Part shown: positions 34,993 through 44,056 of the stretch, piece by piece
Position numbering within the stretch: position 1 is the first letter of the stretch
Layout of the letters: each line of letters begins with the position of its first letter
Assembly (NCBI GenBank): GCA_002293685.1
Contig: DBDS01000006.1
Span: 20,187-84,186 of the forward strand
Length of the DNA: 64,000 bases
Reading direction: 5' to 3'
Origin: Patescibacteria group bacterium UBA926
GTDB taxonomy: Bacteria > Patescibacteriota > Doudnabacteria > UBA920
Program-made: the position numbers and the translations under genes
Notes under the pieces: model-generated
Seen by the model: only the letters and a program-made list of their open reading frames with translations
The model's database searches: none
What the model was told of the DNA's origin: nothing

Positions 34993-35727
34993 ATGTTGAA
35001 AGCAAAAGCAAAAAGAAAACTTAAAAAAGGAACCCGTTTTGTTACCAAACTGGTTGAGTCTACAGGAATTCCTAAAGGTTATTCCACAACCGTGGCTTGG
35101 TTTGCCGAACGGATGGCAATCGCAAGCTTTGCCTTAATCGTGGTATCTTTTGCGGCGGGCGCATTTTTCGTCATGAAATTGGCAGAACCAATCGGCGATA
35201 GTCGTCCATACAATGCCGCGGCTGAGCAGGCGTTATTAGCAGAAGAGGGGATAAGGGTATTCTCACAGCAAGTTATTGATGTCGCATCACCTGTATTTGC
35301 CAAATTTGTAAAAGACAATCGTGAGGAAGTAGATATGGAAGCAGTTCAGCTTGCTGAGCGGAAAGTAAAATTACAAGCATATCTGGCGAGCAAAAAATCT
35401 CCTTTCGCAGACGATCCAGCTGCAATCGAAGCTTTTGCTACTTCACCAAATATGAAAATGATGGTCGCTATTTCTTTCGTGGAAAGCACTTTCGGAAAAA
35501 ATTGTTATTATTATAACTGTAGTGGTATCGGAGGAACGCCACCGAACCTTCGTAAGTACAACAGCTATGCAGAATGGATTAAAGACTTCGATGATTTGTT
35601 AGAACGACGATACAAAGATATTCCACCAGAAGGTTTTCTGGGTTTGTATGTTCAACCAGGAAGTCCTAACTGGATTTACGGTGTGAAGCAAGTACTGAGG
35701 GAATTTGAAGAACAAGGAATTGTATAA
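34993..35727 (+). CDS. Membrane-anchored glucosaminidase-like (GH73/FlgJ-like) peptidoglycan hydrolase candidate
   Basis: TM helix. A region resembling the catalytic-Glu motif (AISFVESTFGKN, compare AQAALESGWG) and a downstream YxxY-like motif. Confidence 0.4.
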   Translation: MLKAKAKRKLKKGTRFVTKLVESTGIPKGYSTTVAWFAERMAIASFALIVVSFAAGAFFVMKLAEPIGDSRPYNAAAEQALLAEEGIRVFSQQVIDVASPVFAKFVKDNREEVDMEAVQLAERKVKLQAYLASKKSPFADDPAAIEAFATSPNMKMMVAISFVESTFGKNCYYYNCSGIGGTPPNLRKYNSYAEWIKDFDDLLERRYKDIPPEGFLGLYVQPGSPNWIYGVKQVLREFEEQGIV

Positions 35728-35764
35728 AAAAATGAGCCGCCCGAGAAATCGGACGGCTTTAAAT

Positions 35765-36613
35765 TCAGAGCTTGATGTTTTTCGCAAGTCCTAAGCTTTT
35801 TAGAACAGAGATTAACATCCAGCTGAAATCAATTTGGTACCAGTGAAGTCCGTGTCGGGCTCTAACTGGTTTGTCGTGATGGTTATTGTGCCATCCTTCA
35901 CCAAAGGTTAACAGAGCGACCCACCAATTATTTTTAGAGTCATCGTCGGTTTCAAACATTCGGCTACCGAATTTGTGGCAAACAGAATTGACCAACCAAG
36001 TAAAATGCAGACCCACAGCGACGGGAATGAAAATTCCCCAAAGAATCGCTTCTATTCCGTCAAAGGCGAATAAAACTAGAGCAAGAATAGTGCTTGGTAA
36101 CCACCAGAATTTATGAAAAAATCGATGCACCGGATCGGACATCAAATCCTTCGCATACTTTTCCAGAAACGGAGTTTCCGAAAGACGACCTTCAGTATAT
36201 ATCATCCACCCGATATGAGAGTGCATAAAGCCGTTCCTGGGCGAGTGTGGGTCATTGAAGGTGTCAGTTTCCTGATGATGCCTTCTGTGAACTGCAATCC
36301 ACTTGATGTGACTGCTTTGCAAAGTTAGAAGTCCGCAAACCGTGAGTGTGTATTCCACCCATTTCGGAGTATCAAATCCGCGATGGGTTAACAGTCTATG
36401 GTAGCCGACAGCTAGTCCAAGTCCGTGGCTAATTGGCCAAATGAGCAAGGCTAACATTGGATACGCTACTAATGTAAAGATAGTTTCGTAGTAGATGTAT
36501 GAATAAATTGGTGCTAATATAGCACCAATGTGGAATATTGTTATTCCAATCACAGTATCTAGCCGAAATTTATCATAAGGTTTTACCCCAATCTGATAAG
36601 TCTCTGTGACCAT
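35765..36613 (-). CDS. Acyl-lipid/acyl-CoA delta-9 fatty acid desaturase
   Basis: Three His boxes (HRLLTH; HRRHH; HNNHH) and four TM helices. Confidence 0.85.
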   Translation of the reverse strand: MVTETYQIGVKPYDKFRLDTVIGITIFHIGAILAPIYSYIYYETIFTLVAYPMLALLIWPISHGLGLAVGYHRLLTHRGFDTPKWVEYTLTVCGLLTLQSSHIKWIAVHRRHHQETDTFNDPHSPRNGFMHSHIGWMIYTEGRLSETPFLEKYAKDLMSDPVHRFFHKFWWLPSTILALVLFAFDGIEAILWGIFIPVAVGLHFTWLVNSVCHKFGSRMFETDDDSKNNWWVALLTFGEGWHNNHHDKPVRARHGLHWYQIDFSWMLISVLKSLGLAKNIKL

Positions 36614-36725
36614 AAATTTCCCCCTGTATTTTTGTTTTTATTATCTCATAGAATTGGGGGTTTGTCATCAGAAAATTCGATAAAAAACCCCTTATTCTAA
36701 AGGGTTTTTGAAGTAAAAATCGTCT

Positions 36726-37256
36726 TTAAGGTTGGAAAATTTCTTCGGGCAAGAGTCGAACTTCTGTAACGTCGGAGAACTGTTCAGCGGTTTTAGTGAT
36801 TTGTGATGCTAGTAAAGTTACCCTACAAGAGCCACCTGATGTAAATCCAGGAACAGTACTGAATTCTAATAGAAGAATTCCATTCGAGAGTTCAGATTTA
36901 AGCAATTTAAAATCGGGATTTGGGAATTCGGTACTAAAGCCATTGTTTGATTCGGATTCAAAAATTTCTCCTGAGATGAGTAGATTGATTGTGTCTTCAA
37001 TTGGATTTTGGGAAGCGGTGATAACTCTTGTGACTGGAAGAACAGAATCTTCATTACATTGCGGCTCACCGTTCTCTGATAGTTGTCTGTCGGCAGGCTC
37101 GTTGTAATAATAAAGTTTCACGGTTTGAGTTTGCGGAACATCCCTTTCTTGTTCAATAACTGCTTGCTCCGGTTGATTGCTATAAACCACTACACCAATA
37201 ACTCCTAACATCAAAACGATTGCCAGTAGAATATATGCACCCTGTTTATTGGCCAT
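36726..37256 (-). CDS. Hypothetical membrane-anchored secreted protein
   Basis: N-terminal TM or signal sequence. No confident domain. Confidence 0.4.
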   Translation of the reverse strand: MANKQGAYILLAIVLMLGVIGVVVYSNQPEQAVIEQERDVPQTQTVKLYYYNEPADRQLSENGEPQCNEDSVLPVTRVITASQNPIEDTINLLISGEIFESESNNGFSTEFPNPDFKLLKSELSNGILLLEFSTVPGFTSGGSCRVTLLASQITKTAEQFSDVTEVRLLPEEIFQP

Positions 37257-37387
37257 ATAATGAAGTTAACTTATTTAGTTACAGAATACCATATCAAGGG
37301 CTTGTGACAAACTGACTGATTGGTTTTTGCGGATTTCATGTTGTAGCAAGTCAAGATTCAGAATAGGAATTATGGTACAATTTAAGC

Positions 37388-38407
37388 ATGATTAATGTAG
37401 ATTTTAAAGGAATTTTGTTAGAAAAAACCGATTTGCCGTTCGAAAATGTAGGGGTATTGAACCCAACTTGCATACAGAAAGATGGTCTCACTCATATGTT
37501 TTATCGAGCGGTGACTGGTAATAATCTTTCAAGTATTGGTTACTGTCAGATTGATAAAGATAAAGTCTTGAGTCGTGCGACAGAGTCAGTTCTTGTTCCA
37601 GAATTTGATTACGAGAAGCATGGTGTTGAGGACCCTAGAATAGTTGAGCTTGAAGGAACTTACTATTTATTTTATACAGCTTATGATGGAGTCAATGCTT
37701 TAACTGCTTTAGCCACGAGTATCGATTTAAAACATTTCGAAAAGCAAGGACTGATTACTCCTTCAATTAAATACAGTGAGGCTAGAGAAATTTTTGCTTC
37801 ACCAAATTTATCTCCTCGTTACGAGTGGTATGCCAAGCATTACGAAGAATCAATTTCCCCGATCGTTATGTTGTGGGGTAAGGATTTAGTTTTATTCCCG
37901 GAGAAAATCAATAACCAGTATTTTTTACTAACCCGAGTCATGCCAGGGATTCAGTATATGTTGTTGGACAATTTAGACCAGTTAAAAGATGAAAATTTTT
38001 GGAGAACACACTTAAAAGATTTAGATAAAAGAGTTGTGATGGATCCAAAGTTTTGGTACGAAACACGTAAGATTGGTGCAAGTTGTGTGCCAATTAAAAC
38101 TGATAAGGGATGGATACAGATCTATCATGGTGTAGAAGATAGTCCCGCCGGAAATATCTATAGAGCATCAGTTGCATTATTGGATTTGAACAACCCTCAG
38201 AAAGTCATCGGTCGTCTTGCTGAACCACTAATTTCCCCAGAACAAGAATGGGAAAAAGTAGGAATAGCCAGTAATGTGATTTTCCCTTCAGGGGCTGCAA
38301 TTCACGGTGACGAGTTATATATCTATTACGGAGCCGCAGACAGCAGGATAGCAGTAGCTTCAGTGAAAACCGATGAACTACTAAATGAATTGTTAAAGAG
38401 CGCTTAG
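37388..38407 (+). CDS. GH130-family glycoside hydrolase/phosphorylase-like (DUF377) beta-propeller protein
   Basis: VLNPTCIQKDG...VEDPRIVELEGTYYLFYTAYDG is the typical GH130 N-terminal pattern. Confidence 0.55.
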   Translation: MINVDFKGILLEKTDLPFENVGVLNPTCIQKDGLTHMFYRAVTGNNLSSIGYCQIDKDKVLSRATESVLVPEFDYEKHGVEDPRIVELEGTYYLFYTAYDGVNALTALATSIDLKHFEKQGLITPSIKYSEAREIFASPNLSPRYEWYAKHYEESISPIVMLWGKDLVLFPEKINNQYFLLTRVMPGIQYMLLDNLDQLKDENFWRTHLKDLDKRVVMDPKFWYETRKIGASCVPIKTDKGWIQIYHGVEDSPAGNIYRASVALLDLNNPQKVIGRLAEPLISPEQEWEKVGIASNVIFPSGAAIHGDELYIYYGAADSRIAVASVKTDELLNELLKSA

Positions 38408-38429
38408 ACTGGCGCGGAAACTCAAGAAT

Positions 38430-40616
38430 ATGGCTGAATCGAAAACACCTTTGATCGCTTGTCTGAGTACATACCCTCCACGCGAGTGTGGAATTGCCAC
38501 ATTTTCTCAAGACTTAGTGACTGCATACAACAATCTATTCTCACCCCATAATGCAATGGGGGTTGTTGCTATGCACAATGACACCGTCGACTCAAAATAC
38601 CCAGTAGAGGTTTTATTCACTATCGACCAACAGGATCAGCAGAGTTATATCAAAGCTGCCGATCGTCTGAATTCCGACGAACAGATTTTGCTTGTGAACA
38701 TTCAGCACGAGTTTGGCATTTTTGGAGGAGATTGGGGAGAGTACCTCGAGATTTTCCTGCAGAGAATTAACAAGCCCGTCATTACTACTCTCCACACAGT
38801 TTTGCCTAACCCAGACCAGAAGGTTATTGGCCGAATGAATGTGTTGGTAAAGTATTCTGCAGAACTGGTGGTTATGACAGAGCGTTCTAAACAAATTTTG
38901 TTATCGGATTACAAAGTCCGCGCTTCAAAGATTACGATAATTCCTCATGGGATCCATCCTCAGTTATATCACTCTTCAGATGAAGCTAAGAAGGAACTTA
39001 ATTTACCTAATGTGCCAATGTTAACCACATTTGGATTGTTGAGTGAAGGAAAAGGTATTGAGTATATACTCCAAGCGTTGCCGGAGGTAGTAAAAAAATA
39101 TCCTGAGGTACAATATTTTTTAATCGGCAAAACTCATCCAGGTGTAGTTAAACAAGAAGGAGAGAGATATCGCGATTCACTATGGCAGTTGGTACAACAA
39201 TTGGGACTGCAAAAAAATGTAAAGTTCATCGATCGCTATTTCGATGTGCCGGAGCTTTTGCAGTATTTGCAAGCAACCGATATTTATATTTCGGGGTCTC
39301 TAAATCCTAATCAAGCCGTAAGCGGTACATTAACATACGCGATGGGCGTGGGTCGGCCAGTTGTGGCAACGGAGTTTTCTCAGGCTAAGGAAGTCGTTAC
39401 AAATGAGACTGGAATTCTGGTTCCTTTTCGGGACCCGCCAGCTTATGCCAACGCCTTGATTGGATTGCTGGATAACGCGGAACTTCGCAAGCACTTAGGG
39501 AAAAACGCTTACTTTCAAACCCGGCATATGACCTGGCCAAACGTGGCTTTAGCTTACTCTAAAAGTTTTGCAGCCAAAGCTCCTGAGGTCGGTTCACAGC
39601 ACAAAAGCATCCCGCCAATTAAACTTGATCATGTTACCGCTTTAACCGATGATTTTGGGATTTTTCAGTTTGCCCAGCTTCATGTCCGCAATCCACAATC
39701 TGGTTATACTTTAGACGACAATGCCCGGGCTTTAATGGTTGTTACAAAGTACTACCAGAAATCCCAAGATCAGGAAGCTTTACGATTACTTCAAATTTAT
39801 CTGAACTTTATCGAAGCGGCGGCAATTGGTAATGGTGAGTTTCGTAATTACTTTACTGTTCAAAGAAAATTCGACGAAGCTGCCAACCTTAGAGATAGCT
39901 TAGAAGATTCCAACGCGCGATGTCTGCAAGCTTTAATGTGGGTGTGGGGAGCAGATTTAGTGCCAAAGGAACTTCGTGAGCAAGCCAGGAAGTTGTATCG
40001 CCCTGGATTAGTAAATGAATTTCGCTCGCCGCGTGCAGCTGCTTTCTTTATCAAGGGAATGTATTCTTTGCGCAAGCAAGCTGGGATACCAGAAAAAATC
40101 AGACGACATTGCGATTTCTTGGTTGGTGGATATGAAGCTAACCGGAGTGAAGGTTGGGAGTGGTTTGAACCACAGCTTACATATTCGAATGCACTTATTC
40201 CCGAAGCATTATTGCTTGGATATTTAGCCACCAAGCAAGATAGATTTTTGGAAGTGGGTAAAAAGACTTTAGATTTTTTAATCGAACAAACTTTTGTCGA
40301 AGGTCGGTATGTGGGCATCGGACAAGATGGTTGGTTTGCCAAAGGCGGCAAGAAAGCTACGTTCGATCAACAACCAGAAGATCCTGCGGCTATGGTCCAT
40401 GCTTTAAAAACTATGTACCGAATTAGTAAAGACGCAAAGTATAAAAAATTAATGTATGTTGCGTTTAATTGGTTTATTGGGGATAACGTGCTTGGTCAGT
40501 TTGTTTACGATAGCGTAACCGGTGGTTCTTATGACGGAATTAGTGAAAACCAGACTAATTTAAATCAAGGTGCCGAGTCCACTTTGTCGTATTTGTCGGC
40601 GCGGTTGTTGATGTAA
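38430..40616 (+). CDS. GT4-family glycosyltransferase fused to a C-terminal helical (six-hairpin-like) domain of about 350 aa
   Basis: N-terminal GT-B fold with an EX7E-like region (GRPVVATEFSQAKEVV...ETGILV). The C-terminal domain is unassigned. Confidence 0.65.
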   Translation: MAESKTPLIACLSTYPPRECGIATFSQDLVTAYNNLFSPHNAMGVVAMHNDTVDSKYPVEVLFTIDQQDQQSYIKAADRLNSDEQILLVNIQHEFGIFGGDWGEYLEIFLQRINKPVITTLHTVLPNPDQKVIGRMNVLVKYSAELVVMTERSKQILLSDYKVRASKITIIPHGIHPQLYHSSDEAKKELNLPNVPMLTTFGLLSEGKGIEYILQALPEVVKKYPEVQYFLIGKTHPGVVKQEGERYRDSLWQLVQQLGLQKNVKFIDRYFDVPELLQYLQATDIYISGSLNPNQAVSGTLTYAMGVGRPVVATEFSQAKEVVTNETGILVPFRDPPAYANALIGLLDNAELRKHLGKNAYFQTRHMTWPNVALAYSKSFAAKAPEVGSQHKSIPPIKLDHVTALTDDFGIFQFAQLHVRNPQSGYTLDDNARALMVVTKYYQKSQDQEALRLLQIYLNFIEAAAIGNGEFRNYFTVQRKFDEAANLRDSLEDSNARCLQALMWVWGADLVPKELREQARKLYRPGLVNEFRSPRAAAFFIKGMYSLRKQAGIPEKIRRHCDFLVGGYEANRSEGWEWFEPQLTYSNALIPEALLLGYLATKQDRFLEVGKKTLDFLIEQTFVEGRYVGIGQDGWFAKGGKKATFDQQPEDPAAMVHALKTMYRISKDAKYKKLMYVAFNWFIGDNVLGQFVYDSVTGGSYDGISENQTNLNQGAESTLSYLSARLLM

Positions 40617-40648
40617 AATTTGTAGAATTATAGGGGAGTTGAGACACG

Positions 40649-40736
40649 CTTCAACCCGTTCGATTCCTCTATAATCATTACCAAAGTAAAAACACCACTA
40701 ACGTGGTGTCCTTACTTTGGTAGCGCTACGGGGAAT
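40649..40736. repeat. 88-bp direct repeat copy 1, holding a truncated tRNA-Glu 3' end plus 69 bp of tRNA-downstream flank (including its terminator hairpin)
   Basis: Identical to 40849-40936 except one C/T difference (40701 versus 40901). Offset is exactly 200 bp. Confidence 0.85.
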
Positions 40737-40848
40737 TACGCGTCGGCTTTCTTCTGAAAGCCTCCTTGCCCGGGGTTGCATAGAACTGCCCCCGGCAGTT
40801 CTATGATCGCTCGGTTTCAGTTTTCTCTGCAGAGAAAACCTTACCTCA

Positions 40849-40936
40849 CTTCAACCCGTTCGATTCCTCTATAATCATTACCAAAGTAAAAACACCACTA
40901 ATGTGGTGTCCTTACTTTGGTAGCGCTACGGGGAAT
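40849..40936. repeat. 88-bp direct repeat copy 2, overlapping the 3' 19 nt of the intact tRNA-Glu
   Basis: See copy 1. The two copies are separated by a 112-bp hairpin-rich unique segment. Confidence 0.85.
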
Positions 40937-40992
40937 CGAACCCCGATTACGTGGATGAGAACCACGCGTCCTAACCATTAGACGATAGCGCC
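40918..40992 (-). tRNA. tRNA-Glu (anticodon CUC), CCA encoded
   Basis: Reverse complement GGCGCTATCGTCTAATGGTTAGGACGCGTGGTTCTCATCCACGTAATCGGGGTTCGATTCCCCGTAGCGCTACCA folds as a cloverleaf: D-stem GTCT/AGGAC, anticodon stem CGTGG/CCACG, loop TTCTCAT, T-arm CGGGG-TTCGATT-CCCCG. A CACCAC-atta-GTGGTG plus T5 terminator follows. Confidence 0.8.
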
Positions 40993-41051
40993 TTAATACA
41001 GGGTATTTTATCATCCCCAGCAACCTTTGAAAAGAGTGGTATAATAATAGT

Positions 41052-41174
41052 ATGAAATACTTTCTTATTGCAGTCTTAGCACTGACTATGGTTGCAGGTG
41101 CGTGTGATAACACTAAGATAGAAGGCAAGGTTCCAACTTCTCCTGTTGAATCTTACGAACCACTACCACGCTAA
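41052..41174 (+). CDS. Possible 40-aa lipoprotein (below the ORF-track cutoff)
   Basis: MKYFLIAVLALTMVAGAC has a lipobox-like signal. A TATAAT-like box lies upstream. Confidence 0.3.
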   Translation: MKYFLIAVLALTMVAGACDNTKIEGKVPTSPVESYEPLPR

Positions 41175-41288
41175 ATTTCTTTTTGTTTAATTAAAACCAA
41201 AAAAATATTTTTGGTTTTAATTGTGTCTACACTCCTTGACAAGTGTAGTAAAAACTGTCAATTTTGGAGTACCCCTAAAAAACGATCC

Positions 41289-41426
41289 GGAGGATATAGT
41301 CAAGTTTGGCCCATTGGTTGGGAAGCGTCGCCTTGCAGTATAAGGTGTTCGTAGTGCACAACAGACCGTGCTCACAGGTTCGACTCCTGTACAAACTCAT
41401 TAGACCCTTTCCTCCGGGTCTTTTTT
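41289..41426 (+). ncRNA. Candidate small RNA with a tRNA-like T-arm (ACAGG-TTCGACT-CCTGT), preceded by a TTGACA -35 box and followed by a strong terminator (AGACCC-tttcctcc-GGGTCT plus T6)
   Basis: T-loop consensus TTCGACT with a perfect 5-bp stem. No canonical cloverleaf could be folded and no acceptor pairing or CCA found, so the identity is unresolved. Confidence 0.25.
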
Positions 41427-41429
41427 ATT

Positions 41430-42014
41430 TTAGATATCTGCTTGCTGTGATTCCGAAGAATTTTCTGTGACACTGTTATCTTGTATTGCCGGAGCTTCTG
41501 GTAATTTGATTGAGGAGGTGAGTTCTTCAAAGCTAGGCAAGTCATTGATTGAGGTAACCCCAAGTTGTTGGAGAAATTCTGTTGTCACTTGGTACATAGA
41601 GCTGCGGGCATCAGAAGGGTTTGAAACTTTTTCAATTAAACCGCGCATCAGCAACGCACGAATAGAGTACTGAGAGTTGACGCCACGAATGGATTCAATT
41701 TCCACTTTGGTGATTGGTTGTCTATACGCAATGATGGCCAAAACTTCGGCAGTGGCTTCGGTGAGTTGTTCGCGCAAATCACTGTTCAGAAAATCGGTAA
41801 CTGTGTCTGAATTATTGCTATTGGTAGCTAACTGGTATTGCGAGCCGCTATGCAGGAGTACAACTCCCGAGTCTTTACAAAATTGACTTAATTCCTCGAG
41901 AGCAGTTACGACTTCAGCTTCGGTTGCGTTCGCAAACTTCACCAACTGCTTAACAGTTAGGGGTTTACTGGTGACGAATAAGAGGCTGTGAAGTTTAGAG
42001 GTTAGTTGGTTCAT
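41430..42014 (-). CDS. scpB: Segregation and condensation protein B
   Basis: Tandem wHTH ScpB pattern (LLFVTSKPLTVKQL...; VLAIIAYRQPITKVEIESIRGV). Confidence 0.85.
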   Translation of the reverse strand: MNQLTSKLHSLLFVTSKPLTVKQLVKFANATEAEVVTALEELSQFCKDSGVVLLHSGSQYQLATNSNNSDTVTDFLNSDLREQLTEATAEVLAIIAYRQPITKVEIESIRGVNSQYSIRALLMRGLIEKVSNPSDARSSMYQVTTEFLQQLGVTSINDLPSFEELTSSIKLPEAPAIQDNSVTENSSESQQADI

Positions 42015-42744
42015 GGTTTGTTTCTTCTTTGGTTATTGCCGGGTTGTAGCGGGTAATTTTGACATCAGTAAACAAGATATCTTGCTCGACGCTAAAAATT
42101 CTTTGCTTAATTAATTCTAACAGAGCAAGAAAAGTTACAATAACTTCATCTTTGTTTTTAGCCTCTGATAACAATTCGCTCAAACTTGTTTCAATTTTGT
42201 TGGCTAGCCTGCCTTGTAAATCCGAAATTTTAGCTTGAATCGATACTGCTTCTTTAATTCGTGCTTTTGGTAAACTGTCTAATTCTCTGAGCTGTTGAAG
42301 GACCTGAAGAATGGAAGTGTGCAGAGTTTCGGTGGTAACGTTTGGATCGGGAAAGAAATTGATTCGTTCATTGAAAATCGCGGAACGCGTAAAACTTTGC
42401 TGTCGTCTCGCATCTAACTGTTTTAAATAGCGAGCCACCTCTTTAAATTGTTTGTAGAGAATTAACTTTTCGGTTAAATCTTCCTCTGGTTCTAATTCAT
42501 CATCGGTAGCGACTTCGAGACTTGGCAATATAGCTTTGGATTTAATGACCAGTAATTTTGCTGCAATGTTGAGATAGTCGGCAAGAGCCGTTGCTTCGAT
42601 TTGCTCCAACTCTTTAACGTATTGCAAAAACTGCTCGGTCACTTCTGCGAGCGCGATATCTGTGATGTTTAATTTCTGATCTTCAATTAGTGAGAGCAGT
42701 AAATCTAACGGACCTTCGAATTGTTGTAATTTTATTTTGGCCAA
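41995..42744 (-). CDS. scpA: Segregation and condensation protein A
   Basis: The N-terminal FEGPLDLLLSLIEDQKLNITDIALAEVTEQF is ScpA-typical. Overlaps scpB by 20 nt. Confidence 0.85.
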   Translation of the reverse strand: MAKIKLQQFEGPLDLLLSLIEDQKLNITDIALAEVTEQFLQYVKELEQIEATALADYLNIAAKLLVIKSKAILPSLEVATDDELEPEEDLTEKLILYKQFKEVARYLKQLDARRQQSFTRSAIFNERINFFPDPNVTTETLHTSILQVLQQLRELDSLPKARIKEAVSIQAKISDLQGRLANKIETSLSELLSEAKNKDEVIVTFLALLELIKQRIFSVEQDILFTDVKITRYNPAITKEETNHEPTNL

Positions 42745-42748
42745 TTTT

Positions 42749-44056
42749 CTAAGGAGTAAGTCTCTTTACACCGCGATATAAGAAAGAAACATCGCGAATG
42801 CTTTCCAGGTTGAATAATTTCATTATCATACGTTCTGGTCCTGCACCGAATCCACCATGTGGAGGACATCCATATTTAAAGAAGTCTAAGTAGAACTGCA
42901 ATGATTCAAGTTCCATTCCACGCTCTTTGGCTTGCTTAACAAGCACATCATATCGATGTTCCCGTTGGGCACCAGTAGTAATTTCTACACCATTCCAGAG
43001 TAAATCGAATCCTCTAGTCAATTCCGAATCTTCTTCAAGTCGCATATGGTAGAATGCGCGGGTCTGATGAGGATATTCTGTAATAAATACAAACTCATGA
43101 TTGAATTTTTCTTTTACGTATTCTGAGATATTTCGTTCTTCTTCAGGACTTAAGTCTCCGTCTTTTTCGGAAGTGATTCCGCGTTCTGTTAAAATTTTCT
43201 TTGCTTCAGATAATGTAATTTGTGGGAAAGGTAGGGTTGGAACGATAACCTCACGGTTGTGAGTGGTTTTGATTTCTTCACCATACTTTTCTTTCACACG
43301 TTCGATTGCTTTCGCCAACATTGCTTCTTCTTCAGCAATGATGTCTTGGTGTGATTTGATGTAAGACTTTTCAAGATCGAAACCTTGAAACTCTGTAGCG
43401 TGGCGCGTTGTGAAGGATGGTTCTGCACGAAAAACTGGACCGAACTCAAAAACTTTTTCGAAGCCAGCTGACATCGCCATTTGTTTGTAAAATTGAGGAG
43501 ACTGAGCAAGATATGCCTTACGATCGAAGTATTGTACTTCGAAAAGCTCTGCACCAGACTCGCTAGGACTGCTCATTAGTTTTGGTGAGTGAATTTGAAT
43601 GTAATCATTTGAGACACAGTAATCTGCTAATGCTCGCTCAAATTCTGTCCAAACTTTGTAAACAAGCTGTTTTTCAGGTCGACGTAAGTCTAAGAATCGC
43701 CAGTCGAGTCTGACTTGTTGGTCTGGTTCTTCACCGCCTTTATTAAAGACAGGGATTGGTAGCTCTGGTTGAGCAGGGGATAGAATTTCAATTTTCTCTG
43801 CAGCTACTTCGAATCCTGTAGCTGCTTTTGGTTCTTCTTTTACTTCACCAGTAACTTCAATGACACTTTCTAGTGAAAGGTGTTTCAGTGATTCTAATAG
43901 AGTTGGTTCGAAAACTACCACTTGCACAGAACCTGAAATGTCTCGTAAAACTATAAATTTAATTTTACCTTGATCGCGAATCGCGTGGGCGAAACCTTTT
44001 AAAACTACTTGCTTACCAGTGTGCTGGTGTAGGTCGGAAATGTGTATTCTGCTCAT
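42749..44056 (-). CDS. Class IIb aspartyl/asparaginyl-tRNA synthetase (archaeal/eukaryal-type AspRS or AsnRS)
   Basis: N-terminal OB anticodon-binding domain. Class II motifs (FRAE; GFDLE...; GGFGAGPERM). The 435-aa length fits AspRS/AsnRS, but Asp versus Asn specificity cannot be told by eye. Confidence 0.8.
   Translation of the reverse strand: MSRIHISDLHQHTGKQVVLKGFAHAIRDQGKIKFIVLRDISGSVQVVVFEPTLLESLKHLSLESVIEVTGEVKEEPKAATGFEVAAEKIEILSPAQPELPIPVFNKGGEEPDQQVRLDWRFLDLRRPEKQLVYKVWTEFERALADYCVSNDYIQIHSPKLMSSPSESGAELFEVQYFDRKAYLAQSPQFYKQMAMSAGFEKVFEFGPVFRAEPSFTTRHATEFQGFDLEKSYIKSHQDIIAEEEAMLAKAIERVKEKYGEEIKTTHNREVIVPTLPFPQITLSEAKKILTERGITSEKDGDLSPEEERNISEYVKEKFNHEFVFITEYPHQTRAFYHMRLEEDSELTRGFDLLWNGVEITTGAQREHRYDVLVKQAKERGMELESLQFYLDFFKYGCPPHGGFGAGPERMIMKLFNLESIRDVSFLYRGVKRLTP

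Noticed and set aside
41289-41398. Calling the tRNA-like element a specific tRNA
   Set aside because: No arrangement gave a canonical anticodon loop with U33, and no acceptor pairing was found. It is left as an unresolved ncRNA candidate.
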